Positions 16,874 to 27,319 are shown, counted from the stretch's first letter. The stretch is 49,831 nt of DNA from Bacillota bacterium (GCA_021848765.1 JAJZTU010000002.1:1-49831); one strand, 5' to 3'. Numbers and translations: made by a program. The notes: generated by a model not told the origin, from the letters alone.

Positions 16874-18253
16874 TCAGACACCCCCAAAGGCCTCATCAAG
16901 AGCCTGTAGTACCGAATCTGTACCGATTATTTGCATAGCTTTCCCTTGCAGTTTCCTGGCATTGGCCGCAGGAACAACACAACTGGTAAAGCCCAGTTTT
17001 GCCGCTTCCCGCACCCGTTTTTCCAGGTGGCTCACTGCCCGGATTTCACCGGTCAAACCAATTTCCCCCATCACTGCCAGGCCGGGGTCCAATGGCCTAT
17101 CCCTTAAGCTGGAGGCTAAAGCCATGGCAATCCCCAAATCAACAGCCGGCTCGGACAGCTTAACACCTCCGGCGACATTCACATAGATATCCTGGCTGCC
17201 CAAATGCAGTCCGACTCTTTTTTCCAGTACCGCAGCAATCAAGACTACCCGGTTGAAGTCTACGCCTGCCGTCATCCTGCGCGGCATCCCAAAGGTAGTC
17301 GGGGTAACCAAAGCCTGAATCTCTACCAGCACAGGCCTGGTACCTTCCATACTCACCGTTACCACAGAACCCGCTTCCCCCTTGGGACGCTGGGCCATGA
17401 ACAGCTCCGAGGGGTTAACCACCTCCCGGAGGCCCCCTTCGGTCATTTCAAAGATTCCTATTTCATTGGTGGAACCGAAGCGATTTTTCACCGCCCGCAG
17501 TACCCGGAAGCTGTTGTGGCGCTCCCCTTCAAAATAAAGCACTGTATCCACCATGTGTTCCAGAACCCTTGGACCTGCAATAGCGCCTTCCTTGGTGACA
17601 TGGCCAACCAAAAAAATAGCTGTACCGGTGCTTTTAGCCATTCTCAGCAAGTGGGCCGTACATTCCCGGACTTGCCCAACGCTTCCGGGAGCAGAGGAAA
17701 TTTCTTCCCTGAAGACAGTCTGGATGGAGTCCACAATTAACACCCTTGGCTTGATAGCGGATAAATGCCCTTCCACCATGCCCAGGTTGGTTTCTGCAAG
17801 GACAAACAGCTGTGAACCTAAGGCGCCCAGACGCTGGGCACGCATGCCAATTTGGCGGTCGGACTCCTCGCCGGAAGCATAAATCACCGGACCATTGATC
17901 CTGCTCACTGCATTGGCAACCTGAAGGAGTAGTGTGGATTTGCCGATCCCGGGGTCTCCGCCAACTAATACCAGGGAACCGGGGACAATCCCGCCTCCCA
18001 GCACCCGGTCTAATTCCTGGCTCCCCGTGCCCAGGCGAATTTCCTCACCCAAGCCGATTTCAGTAATCGGCTGTGGCTTTGCTAAGCTGTCCGGCCAGAT
18101 ACCACCGGTAAAGCTACCGCCTCTGGCGGCCTCCCTGGAGACTAATTCCTCCACCATAGTATTCCAGGCTCCACAGCCAGGGCACCTGCCCACCCATTTA
18201 AATTCCTCGTGACCACATTGTTGGCAAAAGAACTTTGTTTTTAGTTTAGCCAT
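16874..18253 (-). CDS. radA: DNA repair protein RadA/Sms
   Basis: An N-terminal Zn ribbon (CQQCGHEEFKWVGRCPGCGAWN), a Walker A (GDPGIGKST), a KNRFG motif and a Lon-like C-domain are all present. Confidence 0.97.
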   Translation of the reverse strand: MAKLKTKFFCQQCGHEEFKWVGRCPGCGAWNTMVEELVSREAARGGSFTGGIWPDSLAKPQPITEIGLGEEIRLGTGSQELDRVLGGGIVPGSLVLVGGDPGIGKSTLLLQVANAVSRINGPVIYASGEESDRQIGMRAQRLGALGSQLFVLAETNLGMVEGHLSAIKPRVLIVDSIQTVFREEISSAPGSVGQVRECTAHLLRMAKSTGTAIFLVGHVTKEGAIAGPRVLEHMVDTVLYFEGERHNSFRVLRAVKNRFGSTNEIGIFEMTEGGLREVVNPSELFMAQRPKGEAGSVVTVSMEGTRPVLVEIQALVTPTTFGMPRRMTAGVDFNRVVLIAAVLEKRVGLHLGSQDIYVNVAGGVKLSEPAVDLGIAMALASSLRDRPLDPGLAVMGEIGLTGEIRAVSHLEKRVREAAKLGFTSCVVPAANARKLQGKAMQIIGTDSVLQALDEAFGGV

Positions 18254-18282
18254 TTGTGCCTCCGGCTATTTGCTGAAGTATA

Positions 18283-18311
18283 ATTATACCAGTTTTTGTG
18301 GTATTAAGCAA
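18283..18311 (-). promoter_or_regulatory. sigma-A promoter TTGCTT-17-TGGTATAAT for radA-disA
   Basis: The -35 is at 18306-18311 and the -10 at 18283-18288 with a TG extension. It lies 30 nt upstream of the radA ATG region. Confidence 0.6.
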
Positions 18312-18314
18312 TGA

Positions 18315-18340
18315 CTGATATCGCAGACTGATATCGCAGA
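18315..18340. repeat. perfect tandem duplication of the 13-mer CTGATATCGCAGA
   Basis: Read directly from the sequence. Each unit contains GATATC. The pair begins 4 nt upstream of the radA -35. Confidence 0.95.
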
Positions 18341-18453
18341 CACCACGTCCCGGTCAAAGTCGTGGCCGAAAAAAATTATTGGCCAATAAATTTCAGCTGC
18401 GGGTCGACTCCGGATGGGATGGTTACCTTCCGGGCACTGTACTCCACTTCCAC

Positions 18454-18488
18454 ACAAAAAACCCCCTGGTTCTCCTAAACCAAAAGGG
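18454..18488 (-). terminator. rho-independent terminator inside the clpC-radA spacer
   Basis: Minus strand reads CCCTTTTGGTT-TAGGAG-AACCAGGGGG (one bulge) followed by TTTTTTGTGTGG. Confidence 0.6.
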
Positions 18489-18861
18489 TTTCTACTAAAA
18501 TCTCAAGTAAATCTGCTAAAACTCCTTTAGTGAGGTTTAAAGTTCTTGACACTTGGCAAAAAATATACTACATTTAATTTAACAAACATGAATTAATGTT
18601 ATCTAAATGTTTGTTAGGGTGGGTCAAGGCTGCGAGAGCGGCGGTTTTCAAGTTACATAGGAGTTTTGTTATAGCAGGTAATTGCAGTACCTGCTATACA
18701 CCTTTTATCGCCCTTTCGGGCTTTTTTTATCGCTTCTTCTAAGCATATCTTCGCCCACACCCACTGTTCGGAATACTGCCGGTACCTTGCAAAGTTGTAC
18801 TTAAAGAATTTTGCCACAACCTCAATTTTTCCCTTAGGGTAAGGTCAAGAGTATCAGTGAA

Positions 18862-18901
18862 AATTTTTTAAAAATACGGAAGGCACCCATTAGGTGCCTT
18901 C
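18862..18901 (-). terminator. rho-independent terminator after clpC
   Basis: GAAGGCACC-TAATG-GGTGCCTTC, a 9-bp stem, followed by CGTATTTTTAAAAAATTTT. Confidence 0.7.
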
Positions 18902-18948
18902 AAATGACCGGTAACTCGTTTTTATTTTTTCCGGGAACTCTGCAGGCA

Positions 18949-21435
18949 TTAACTCTCAGCCTGCTTATCCGCTTTCTTGCGGCCTTTGCCTTTTTTCTTC
19001 AGGGCAATCTTTCCGTCCTGAGCATCCACCACTACGGTGTCGCCGGTAGCGAAGGCGCCTTTGAGCATCTCTTCAGAGAGTTCGTCTTCGACCATCCTCT
19101 GAATGGAGCGGCGTAGAGGCCTGGCTCCGAAGGCGGGGTCATAACCCTTTTCGATCAGCACATCCTTAGCCGCATCGGTCACCTCAATGGTGATTTCGCT
19201 GTCCTTCAGGCGCTTAGCCAGGGTACTCAGCATCAGGTTGATGATTTCTTTAATGTGCTCTTTCTCCAGGGCATGGAACACGATGGTTTCATCTATCCGG
19301 TTCAGGAACTCGGGCCTAAACGTATGCTTAAGTGAATCCATGACCCGTTCCTTCATTTTTTCGTAATCGGCTGCCGCCACGTTTTTAGCATTAAAGCCCA
19401 TGACACTTTCCCGCTTCAGGGTGCTGGCGCCTACGTTGGAGGTCATAATGATTACGGTGTTGCGGAAGTCTACGGTACGGCCCCTGGTGTCGGTGAGCCG
19501 GCCGTCCTCCAGTACCTGGAGCAGAATGTTAAACACCTCAGGATGGGCTTTTTCCACTTCGTCCAGCAGCACTACGGAGTAGGGCTTCCTGCGTACCGCT
19601 TCGGTGAGCTGGCCGCCCTCGTCGTGCCCGATATAGCCGGGAGGGGCGCCTACCAGGCGGGATACAGCATGTTTTTCCATATACTCGGACATGTCAATCC
19701 GCACCATAGCATCCTCATCACCGAACAGGGCTTCCGCCAGGGCCCGGCCCAATTCAGTTTTACCCACCCCGGTAGGGCCCAGGAAGATGAAGGAGCCAAT
19801 GGGCCGCTTAGGGTCTTTGAGGCCTGCCCTGGCCCGCCTGATGGCCCGGGATACCGCTTTAACGGCATCATCCTGGCCAATTACCCGTTCATGGAGGATT
19901 TTTTCCATGTTCAGCAGCCTGGTGGACTCTTCTTCGGCCAGCTTTTTGACCGGGACTCCGGTCCAGCTGGCTACAATGTGGGCAATGTCCTCATCAGTAA
20001 CCGTTGAGCGTTCCCCTACCTTTTCATTGTTCCAGTCAACCTTCCTCTGTTCCAACTCTTCCTTGAGCCGCTGCTCTGTGTCACGCAGCTGGGCAGCTTT
20101 TTCAAATTCCTGACCCAGTACGGCAGCTTCTTTTTCTTTTTGGATTTTTTCCAACTCCTTCTCTTTCTCCTTGAGGTCAGGAGGAGCGACAAAGGAGCGC
20201 AGCCTTACCCGGGAAGCAGCTTCATCGATCAGGTCAATTGCCTTGTCAGGCATAAACCGGTCCGTAATATAGCGGTCAGATAGTTTTACTGCAGCTTCAA
20301 TAGCTTCATCACTAATCTTAACCCTGTGATGAGCCTCATAACGGTCCCGGAGCCCCCGCAGGATTTCCATCGCTTCTTCAACCGTAGGTTCACCTACCTT
20401 AATGGGCTGGAAGCGCCTTTCCAGAGCCGGGTCTTTTTCAATATGCTTACGGTATTCATCCAGGGTGGTAGCTCCGATGCACTGGAGCTCTCCTCTGGCC
20501 AGGGCTGGTTTTAGGATGTTGGCTGCATCAATTGCTCCCTCTGCCGCACCGGCCCCAATCAGCGTATGCAGCTCATCAATAAAGAGAATGATATTTTGAG
20601 CCTGGCGAATCTCATCAGTGACTTTTTTCAGTCTTTCTTCAAATTCCCCTCTGAACTTGGAACCGGCTACCACAGAGGCTAAATCCAAGGTTACCACCCG
20701 TTTATTCAGCAGGGTCTCAGGGACCTTTCCTTCCACAATCCGCTGGGCGAGTCCTTCAGCAATAGCGGTTTTACCGACACCGGGCTCACCAATCAGGCAG
20801 GGGTTGTTTTTGGTCCGGCGGCTCAATACCTGGATGACCCGCTCAATCTCATTTTCCCGCCCAACAACCGGGTCAAGTTTACTTTCCCTGGCCATATCAG
20901 TGAGGTCCCGTCCAAATTCGTTCAGAGTCGGGGTGCTGGCCTGTGGTTTAGCCTGGTGGTGACCGGCTGCACCGGCATTCGCAGTCCCCCCGGGAGAAAC
21001 CAATCCACCAAGCAGGCGCAGCACCTGGTTCCTCACCCGGTCTAAATTCGCGCCAAGGTTCTGCAGCACCCGGGCGGCAACACCTTCTCCTTCCCTGATC
21101 AATCCCAGGAGCAGGTGCTCAGTCCCAATATAGTTATGTCCCAGTCTCCTGGCCTCATCAAAGGAAAGCTCCAGCACCTTTTTAGCCCTGGGGGTAAGCC
21201 CGATTTCCCCTTTTACCGGACCCTCTCCTTTGCCAACAATCTTTTCTACTTCTGTCCTTACGCTCTCCAGGCTGATTCCTAAGGACTGCAGAGCCTTAGC
21301 CGCAATTCCTTCACCCTCTACAATCAGTCCCAGTAAAAGCTGCTCAGTCCCCACATAGTTATAGTTCAAGCGCCGGGCTTCATCCTGGGCCAGCATCAAT
21401 ACTTTTTGAGCCCGTTCAGTAAATCTGCCAAACAT
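18949..21435 (-). CDS. clpC: ATP-dependent Clp protease ATP-binding subunit ClpC
   Basis: 828 aa. It has an [14 protein letters not shown]-domain repeat, two AAA+ modules ([10 protein letters not shown] and [10 protein letters not shown]) and a UVR-like linker. The ATG at 21435 follows GGAGGTG. Confidence 0.97.
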   Translation of the reverse strand: MFGRFTERAQKVLMLAQDEARRLNYNYVGTEQLLLGLIVEGEGIAAKALQSLGISLESVRTEVEKIVGKGEGPVKGEIGLTPRAKKVLELSFDEARRLGHNYIGTEHLLLGLIREGEGVAARVLQNLGANLDRVRNQVLRLLGGLVSPGGTANAGAAGHHQAKPQASTPTLNEFGRDLTDMARESKLDPVVGRENEIERVIQVLSRRTKNNPCLIGEPGVGKTAIAEGLAQRIVEGKVPETLLNKRVVTLDLASVVAGSKFRGEFEERLKKVTDEIRQAQNIILFIDELHTLIGAGAAEGAIDAANILKPALARGELQCIGATTLDEYRKHIEKDPALERRFQPIKVGEPTVEEAMEILRGLRDRYEAHHRVKISDEAIEAAVKLSDRYITDRFMPDKAIDLIDEAASRVRLRSFVAPPDLKEKEKELEKIQKEKEAAVLGQEFEKAAQLRDTEQRLKEELEQRKVDWNNEKVGERSTVTDEDIAHIVASWTGVPVKKLAEEESTRLLNMEKILHERVIGQDDAVKAVSRAIRRARAGLKDPKRPIGSFIFLGPTGVGKTELGRALAEALFGDEDAMVRIDMSEYMEKHAVSRLVGAPPGYIGHDEGGQLTEAVRRKPYSVVLLDEVEKAHPEVFNILLQVLEDGRLTDTRGRTVDFRNTVIIMTSNVGASTLKRESVMGFNAKNVAAADYEKMKERVMDSLKHTFRPEFLNRIDETIVFHALEKEHIKEIINLMLSTLAKRLKDSEITIEVTDAAKDVLIEKGYDPAFGARPLRRSIQRMVEDELSEEMLKGAFATGDTVVVDAQDGKIALKKKGKGRKKADKQAES

Positions 21436-21453
21436 AATGTCCACCTCCAATAA

Positions 21454-22524
21454 TTACTTTCCTTCAAACATGGCCAGCCTCTCCCTGATCAGTGCAGCCC
21501 GGCGTACGTCCCTTTCTCCGGGTGACAGTTCAGTGCCGGAAAGCTTCTGGAGATAAGCCGGCCTGGTCAAAACCATTAGCTCATTTAGAACCTTCCCATC
21601 CACACCTTTAATAATCCCCAGGTCGATGCCCAGCCGGACCGCTGACAGCAGGTTGATGGCCTCTTGGGAATCCATTATCCGGGCAAAGCGGAGGACTCCA
21701 TAGGAGCGGTTTACCTTATCTTCCAGGGCCTCTCTGCTGTCTTTAAGCAGCAATTCCCTGGCTGCCCTTTCCTGATTGATAATCTGTTTGGCCACTGCCT
21801 CCAGGTTGCCGATTATTTCTTCTTCTCCCCGGCCCAAGGTAATCTGGTTCGATATCTGAAAGAGGTTTCCCGCAGCCTCACTACCTTCGCCATAAAGTCC
21901 CCGCACCGTCAGCCCCACCTGGGTAATGGCTGTAATCAGCCGGTTCAGCTGGTTAACCATCACCAGGGCCGGGAGGTGCATCATCACTGAAGCCCGCAAA
22001 CCGGTCCCCACATTGGTGGGACAAGCAGTAAGGTATCCCCGGCGCTCACAGAAGGCAATATCTAAGGTTTTCTCCAGCAGGTCATCCACCCGGCCGGCAG
22101 CTTTCCACGCCTCCTGCAGTTGAAGTCCCGGCAGGAGGCATTGAATCCGGAGGTGGTCCTCCTCGTTGACCATGATGCTTACCGTCTCGTCTTCGCTTAA
22201 AACCACAGCCTTAAAATCCCCGGGCTGCGCGTGCTGGGGACTCACCAGGTGTTTTTCCACCAGGATTTGCCGCTCGTTAGGGGACAATTGGTTCATCATG
22301 GTAAACTCCAATTTACCTTTTTTACGGTTGAGCGGCTTTTCCACAGCCAGGCGCACCCCGGCCAGGACTTTGTTTCCATCGGCCTCACCCATTAGGTGGG
22401 GAAAAGGTACTGCCTCCAGGTTCCGGGCTAAGCGTATCCTACTGCTGATGACAATATCGGCATCAGGCCCGGTCCCTTTCATCCACGCACTCAACGCATT
22501 GTTAATGGTGTCTTTTAGAGACAT
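21454..22524 (-). CDS. mcsB: protein arginine kinase McsB
   Basis: 356 aa with an ATP:guanido phosphotransferase domain (RIRLARN, CPTNVGTGLRASVM). It lies between mcsA and clpC. Confidence 0.95.
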   Translation of the reverse strand: MSLKDTINNALSAWMKGTGPDADIVISSRIRLARNLEAVPFPHLMGEADGNKVLAGVRLAVEKPLNRKKGKLEFTMMNQLSPNERQILVEKHLVSPQHAQPGDFKAVVLSEDETVSIMVNEEDHLRIQCLLPGLQLQEAWKAAGRVDDLLEKTLDIAFCERRGYLTACPTNVGTGLRASVMMHLPALVMVNQLNRLITAITQVGLTVRGLYGEGSEAAGNLFQISNQITLGRGEEEIIGNLEAVAKQIINQERAARELLLKDSREALEDKVNRSYGVLRFARIMDSQEAINLLSAVRLGIDLGIIKGVDGKVLNELMVLTRPAYLQKLSGTELSPGERDVRRAALIRERLAMFEGK

Positions 22525-23046
22525 CTACCTCCCCTCCTTCTCCACTGCTTTTTCCAGTTCCTTAATCCTGTCCCGCAGGCTTGCCGCCTGTTCAAATTCC
22601 TCCCGTGCCACTGCCTGCTGCAGTTGGGTGCGCAGGTTAGCCAGTTCCTTAGAGAGCTTCAATGAGCCTCCTCTTCTTTCCGGCACCTTTCCGGTATGGC
22701 GGTTAGCCCCGTGAATCCTGCGCAAGACCGTGTCCAGGGGTTCGGAAAACTGGTCATAACATTTACTGCAACCCAGGAGTCCTGATCGCGCAAACTCCTG
22801 ATAAGTTATTCCGCAATTATCGCACTTCACTACTTCCGGATAAGAGGTTGTTACAGGCTGACCCCAGGTTTCCCCGCTAAACAACCCGCTCAGGAAGTCA
22901 AAGACACTGGGCGGTTGGTGAAAAGCTCCCAAGTGCTGCCCACTATGCGCGCAAACCTCACACAGGTGGGACTCCCGTTTCTCTCCGTTGGTAATCTTAG
23001 TTACATGAACCGTCGCCGGCCGCTCCTTGCATTTATCACAGATCAT
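22525..23046 (-). CDS. mcsA: McsA, activator of McsB (Zn-finger/UVR-domain protein)
   Basis: It carries CDKC...CEVC and CDNC...CSKC zinc-finger pairs plus a C-terminal UVR motif (FEQAASLRDRIKELE). Confidence 0.9.
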   Translation of the reverse strand: MICDKCKERPATVHVTKITNGEKRESHLCEVCAHSGQHLGAFHQPPSVFDFLSGLFSGETWGQPVTTSYPEVVKCDNCGITYQEFARSGLLGCSKCYDQFSEPLDTVLRRIHGANRHTGKVPERRGGSLKLSKELANLRTQLQQAVAREEFEQAASLRDRIKELEKAVEKEGR

Positions 23047-23073
23047 CAGCCCGATCCTCCTTTGCCGGAATCC

Positions 23074-23541
23074 TTATTCCCCCCTAAGGGTAGTTAAAAG
23101 GGCCGTCTTTAGCAACCTGGCCCGCAGGTAATCCCTTCCCGGCAGGTCTCCCTTCAGTACCCGCCGGTCTGTCACTGCCTCTAAAATCAATTTTTCCCGC
23201 TTAGTTAAAAAATCCTCCTCAAAAAGCCGCTGAATAATCCCATGGGCCTCCTGCTGACTGATGGCCTCACCGATGATTTCCCCAATGAGTTCCAGCCAAT
23301 GGTCCTCCCCGCCATCGTGCCAAACCCGGACAATCCGTACATACCCTCCGCCGCCCCGCCGGCTTTCCACCAGGTAGCCCCGCTGGAAAGTAAAACGGGT
23401 CGCCAAAACATAATTTATCTGGGAGGGGACACAGCGGAACTTTTCGGCCAGTTCATTGCGCTGAATTTCAATCGACCCTGCTGTACTTCTATGGAGTAAA
23501 TCCTTCAGGTATTCTTCAATATAGTCACTAAGATTGGCCAT
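23074..23541 (-). CDS. ctsR: class III stress-gene repressor CtsR
   Basis: MANLSDYIEEYLK...VPSQINYVLATRFT...GYLVESRRGGGGY.RI is the CtsR wHTH and glycine-rich signature. Confidence 0.95.
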   Translation of the reverse strand: MANLSDYIEEYLKDLLHRSTAGSIEIQRNELAEKFRCVPSQINYVLATRFTFQRGYLVESRRGGGGYVRIVRVWHDGGEDHWLELIGEIIGEAISQQEAHGIIQRLFEEDFLTKREKLILEAVTDRRVLKGDLPGRDYLRARLLKTALLTTLRGE

Positions 23542-23578
23542 AGTAACCTCCCCTCACTTCTTCTGATTCGTCATTACC

Positions 23579-23595
23579 TTTGACTTTCTTTGACC
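23579..23595 (-). promoter_or_regulatory. CtsR operator (heptad direct repeat GGTCAAA-GAA-AGTCAAA)
   Basis: It matches the known CtsR box A/GGTCAAAnAnA/GGTCAAA. It lies just downstream of TATAAT/TATAAA-like -10 elements and about 40 nt upstream of the ctsR ATG. Confidence 0.8.
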
Positions 23596-23707
23596 TTTAT
23601 AATTTTATTATAACCCCTGCAAGTAGTTGTTATGCAAGGCCGTTCAGGCCCGAAATAGCCGGCTAACAACCCCCTACAGCGATTTGCATCTGATTTTTTA
23701 CCAACGG

Positions 23708-24367
23708 CTAACGCTCTTGGTTATTCTTAAGCCCGCAAATATCCAGCAGGTCAGAAAAATGTCCCAATACAAAGTGGGGCTTCTGTTCCTGCAGTGTTTC
23801 CCGGGGATGGACACTCCACCCTACAGCAGCGCTGGAAACTCCTGCGTTGAGGGCACATCTGAGATCATAGGGACTGTCCCCGACCATCAGCGCCCCTTCC
23901 TTCCCCTGGCTAAGCTGATGCAGGGCCAGCTCAATAGGTTCCGGGTGGGGTTTAGGGTTTTTTACATCTTCAATAGTTATGCAGGTCCTAATGAACTGGT
24001 CAAGACCAAATAGCTTTAACCCCCACTGGCTGGTCATTTTCAGCTTGGAGGTCACTACGCCCAGGGTTACCCCCGCCTTTTGCAGAGCTTCCATAGTTTC
24101 AAAGATTCCCGGGAAAACCTTAATCAACTCATCATGGTTGGCGTACATAAAATCCCTGTAAGTAGCAATAAGCTCATCCACCCGGTTAGCATCATACCTG
24201 GCCAGAGTGTCCCGCAGGGGTTCCCCAAAGTAGGGGTAAAACTCTTCATCGGACAACTGTAAGCCCAGATGCCTGCTCAGGGTGTGTTGAAAGGACTTAA
24301 TGATGAGATCATTAGTATTAAGGATAGTTCCATCTAAGTCAAATAATACACAGGAAAAAGTCTTCAC
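23708..24367 (-). CDS. HAD-superfamily hydrolase (PpaX/phosphoglycolate-phosphatase-like subfamily IA)
   Basis: HAD motif I is VLFDLDGTILNT, motif II VVTSK and motif IV GDSPYD. It uses a GTG start after AGGGGG. Substrate is not assignable. Confidence 0.8.
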   Translation of the reverse strand: MKTFSCVLFDLDGTILNTNDLIIKSFQHTLSRHLGLQLSDEEFYPYFGEPLRDTLARYDANRVDELIATYRDFMYANHDELIKVFPGIFETMEALQKAGVTLGVVTSKLKMTSQWGLKLFGLDQFIRTCITIEDVKNPKPHPEPIELALHQLSQGKEGALMVGDSPYDLRCALNAGVSSAAVGWSVHPRETLQEQKPHFVLGHFSDLLDICGLKNNQER

Positions 24368-24602
24368 CGCTAAGCCCCCTAACCTCTGCCATTAAAAACC
24401 AGAGTTCACCGTAAAACAGCTATAAAGCGCGTCATTACTTAATTTGTTATAAAATTTCTATACTAATTTTACAGTATCTTCGCCGGAGAAACAACCATGC
24501 GAACTAACTTGAAATTATTCGCCCGGGAAACACCGGCGTTATCGGCAGAGGCTTTGGCTAGTTGGTTTGAGTTCCTTTCTCCTGAAGTTGATATCTAAAT
24601 TA

Positions 24603-25976
24603 TTATATAATCTTTCCCGGGTTTAACAAATTGTTTGGATCACAACTCCGTTTTACCTTCTTAAACGCCTCTATTGCCACCGGCGAAAACTCCAAACCCA
24701 AATACTCCTTCTTTAACAGACCGATTCCATGTTCACCGCTCATGGTCCCTTTGAGTTCAAGTGCTACCCGGCACATCTCCACCTCGGCCTCATGCACCCG
24801 GTGTACTTCATCCTTTATTCTTTGGTCAAAAAGCACCAGAGGGTGGCAATTCCCGTCTCCGGCATGGGCCAAAATTCCGATAGCTAAGTTATATTTTTTG
24901 GAACAATTCACAATGCCGTTAACCATCGCCGGAAAGTTAGATCTGGGAACCGTAATATCCTGTAATGAATAATTTGGACGCCTACGTGCAACTGAGCCGA
25001 TAACTGTCCTCCTGGCCAACCACAATTGATCAACTTCCTGTGCCGTACGGGCTATTTTAAATTCCCTTACCCCGGCCCGGTTACAAATGGTTTTAATTAA
25101 TTCAACCTGGGCATCTAAATCCACATCATAGCCATCTACTTCAATTATCAAAAGCGCTCCTGCATCTCTAGGTAAGCCGACCTTGCAGTGATCCTCTGCT
25201 GTGTTAATCAGCAGGTTATCCATCATTTCTAAGGTAGTTGGAATGATTCCCGCAGCGACAATATCCGCAACGGTTTGAGAAGCAGCTTCCACTGCCTCAT
25301 AGATTGCAAGCATGGTGCGCTTGGCCGGAGGTTTAGGAAGGATTCGCACTGTAATTTTGGTAACCAGGCCGAGAGTACCCTCTGAACCCACAAACAGGCG
25401 AGTTAAATCATAACCTGCTTCACTGTTCCAGTGTCGCCCCCCTGTTTCAATAACCTTACCGTCCGGCATAACCACCTCGAGACCTAAAATATAGTCCCGT
25501 GTTACCCCATATTTAAAGCAGCGAGGCCCCCCTGAACACTCTCCCACGTTGCCTCCCATGGTTGAAGCTTTGTAACTGGCAGGGTCAGGAGGATAATAAA
25601 AACCTATTTTATCAAGTTTTTCCTGTAAATCAAAATTTACAACACCCGGTTCTACCACCGCAACAAAGTTATCTTTATCTATCTCCAGGATTCTGTTCAT
25701 TCGGCTAAAGCAGATAACTATACTATCCTTTACCGGTACACTTCCACCACTAAGATTCGTTCCAGCGCCCCTGGGAACTAAAGGAATTTGGACTTCGTTT
25801 AAGTACTTTACCAATTCAACTACGTGTTGTGCATTACTGGGGAAAACAACTCCTAGAGGCAATTGGGTCAACAAAGTTGCATCATAACCATAGGCTACTA
25901 AGCTTACCTTGTCAGTAACTACGTTTTCCTTACCCAATATCTTTATTAATTTCTTAATCACGAACTCATTTAACAT
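24603..25976 (-). CDS. FAD-linked 2-hydroxyacid oxidase/dehydrogenase, GlcD-like catalytic subunit
   Basis: It has an FAD_binding_4 (PCMH) N-domain (VPRGAGTNLSGGSVP) and a C-terminal GEHGIGLLK motif. The ATG at 25976 follows GGGGGGA. An alternative start lies at 26000. Confidence 0.88.
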   Translation of the reverse strand: MLNEFVIKKLIKILGKENVVTDKVSLVAYGYDATLLTQLPLGVVFPSNAQHVVELVKYLNEVQIPLVPRGAGTNLSGGSVPVKDSIVICFSRMNRILEIDKDNFVAVVEPGVVNFDLQEKLDKIGFYYPPDPASYKASTMGGNVGECSGGPRCFKYGVTRDYILGLEVVMPDGKVIETGGRHWNSEAGYDLTRLFVGSEGTLGLVTKITVRILPKPPAKRTMLAIYEAVEAASQTVADIVAAGIIPTTLEMMDNLLINTAEDHCKVGLPRDAGALLIIEVDGYDVDLDAQVELIKTICNRAGVREFKIARTAQEVDQLWLARRTVIGSVARRRPNYSLQDITVPRSNFPAMVNGIVNCSKKYNLAIGILAHAGDGNCHPLVLFDQRIKDEVHRVHEAEVEMCRVALELKGTMSGEHGIGLLKKEYLGLEFSPVAIEAFKKVKRSCDPNNLLNPGKII

Positions 25977-25990
25977 AATATCCCCCCCGG

Positions 25991-27319
25991 TTAATTCCAT
26001 AGACTTACACCTGGAGCCAATATACCCTTCGGATCAAACTGGGTTCGTAGCCGGTTCCCCAGATTCATTATCTCATTATACATTTCCATGTCATTTTTTG
26101 CCTTGCACAGTAGTTTGCGTCCCAGACTATGGGAGATATTTCCACCAAGCGACATGGCTAAATTATTGATTTTATCCAAAAGCGACTCGAGCGATTGTGC
26201 AGTAATATTATTGGGAATTAATCTTATGTTTCCGGTAAATCCATATACAATTAGTCCTGGACAGTTAGCCAGGTCACCAGTGATATCTTCCAATCCCTTT
26301 AAGGCTTTACCTATATTCGCCGGCCCAACGAAGAAGTCAACCCCGGTAGAATCACCTGAATTTAACCCGGCCTTAACCTCTAACCAACTATCCCAAATAC
26401 TCTCGTACTGCTCACAATCTTTAATGATTTGGACGTCACTGGCACCGTAAAGATTAAAAACACCGGCAATCTCTTCTGATAATTGCCTGGTAGATTCCTT
26501 AAAGCCCTCTAAATCAACCATTGCCAGATAATCAGAACTTACATTAAGTCCCGGTTTACCGGCAACAATATTTTGGGCCAGTGGCCAATTTAGTAAATTC
26601 AACCTGGTGGGATAAATACCACGGGCGATAAGCGTAGTGAATACTGAGCAGGCCTTCTGAGGGGAGGCAAAGCTCGCCAGCACGGTTTGTCTGGATGCAG
26701 GTTTGGGCAACAGCTTTATCAGCAGCTTTGTAAAAATACCCAGCGTACCTTGACTGCCCACCATAAAATGAATCAAATCATAGCCCGATACGTTTTTGAT
26801 ACATTTGTTACCCACATACAATATTTCTCCGGTAGGTAAAACCATTTCCCATCCCAGAATATAAGTTCTAGGGGTCCCAAAATTAAAAGACTTGGAATCC
26901 GCTCCTCCAATAGCAAAACACCCGCCAAGGGAACTTGTAAAACTATTAAAAGGCTCAGGAGGAAAATCTAAACCTGCTTCGGAAACCTTTTGCCGGAATT
27001 CCTTATGTGAAAGCCCGGGCTCCACAATCGCTACCAAGTTTTCACGGTCTATCTCCAAAATCTTATTCATCCGTCCTAAACCCAAGGCAAGGCACCCGTC
27101 CATTCCTTTAATATCTACGATATTGCCGCCCACAGCAATTTTCAGATTCATTTCATTAGCTAATTTTACCACACCGGATACTTGAGAAGTATTTCCCGGT
27201 AATACAACTGCCAAGGGCTTGCCGTTTCCCTTTAAATACTTGAGCATCTCAGGTGCATACTGAATAACATTCTCATTGCCAACCAATTCCCTGATTCTGT
27301 TAATTGCAGTTTCTTTCAT
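25991..27319 (-). CDS. FAD-binding PCMH-type protein, GlcE-like partner subunit (divergent)
   Basis: It has the same fold as the neighbouring gene (…GTLGIFTKLLIKLLPKP…), but the glycine-rich and C-terminal catalytic motifs are degenerate. The ATG at 27319 follows GAGGGGTG. Confidence 0.75.
   Translation of the reverse strand: MKETAINRIRELVGNENVIQYAPEMLKYLKGNGKPLAVVLPGNTSQVSGVVKLANEMNLKIAVGGNIVDIKGMDGCLALGLGRMNKILEIDRENLVAIVEPGLSHKEFRQKVSEAGLDFPPEPFNSFTSSLGGCFAIGGADSKSFNFGTPRTYILGWEMVLPTGEILYVGNKCIKNVSGYDLIHFMVGSQGTLGIFTKLLIKLLPKPASRQTVLASFASPQKACSVFTTLIARGIYPTRLNLLNWPLAQNIVAGKPGLNVSSDYLAMVDLEGFKESTRQLSEEIAGVFNLYGASDVQIIKDCEQYESIWDSWLEVKAGLNSGDSTGVDFFVGPANIGKALKGLEDITGDLANCPGLIVYGFTGNIRLIPNNITAQSLESLLDKINNLAMSLGGNISHSLGRKLLCKAKNDMEMYNEIMNLGNRLRTQFDPKGILAPGVSLWN

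Noticed and set aside
18596-18742. 48-codon plus-strand ORF (MLSKCLLGWVKAARAAVF...) and an antisense GTG frame of about 54 codons in the clpC-radA spacer
   Set aside because: Neither has a usable Shine-Dalgarno sequence. Both run through obvious RNA hairpins and a terminator, and I recognise no similarity. They are retained only as a note within the spacer finding.
24500-24602. Terminator for the 14-gene operon after the GlcD-like gene
   Set aside because: Only a weak bulged hairpin (CGCCGG...CCGGGCG) without a proper T-tract is present. This is not good enough to annotate, so the operon's 3' end remains undefined.
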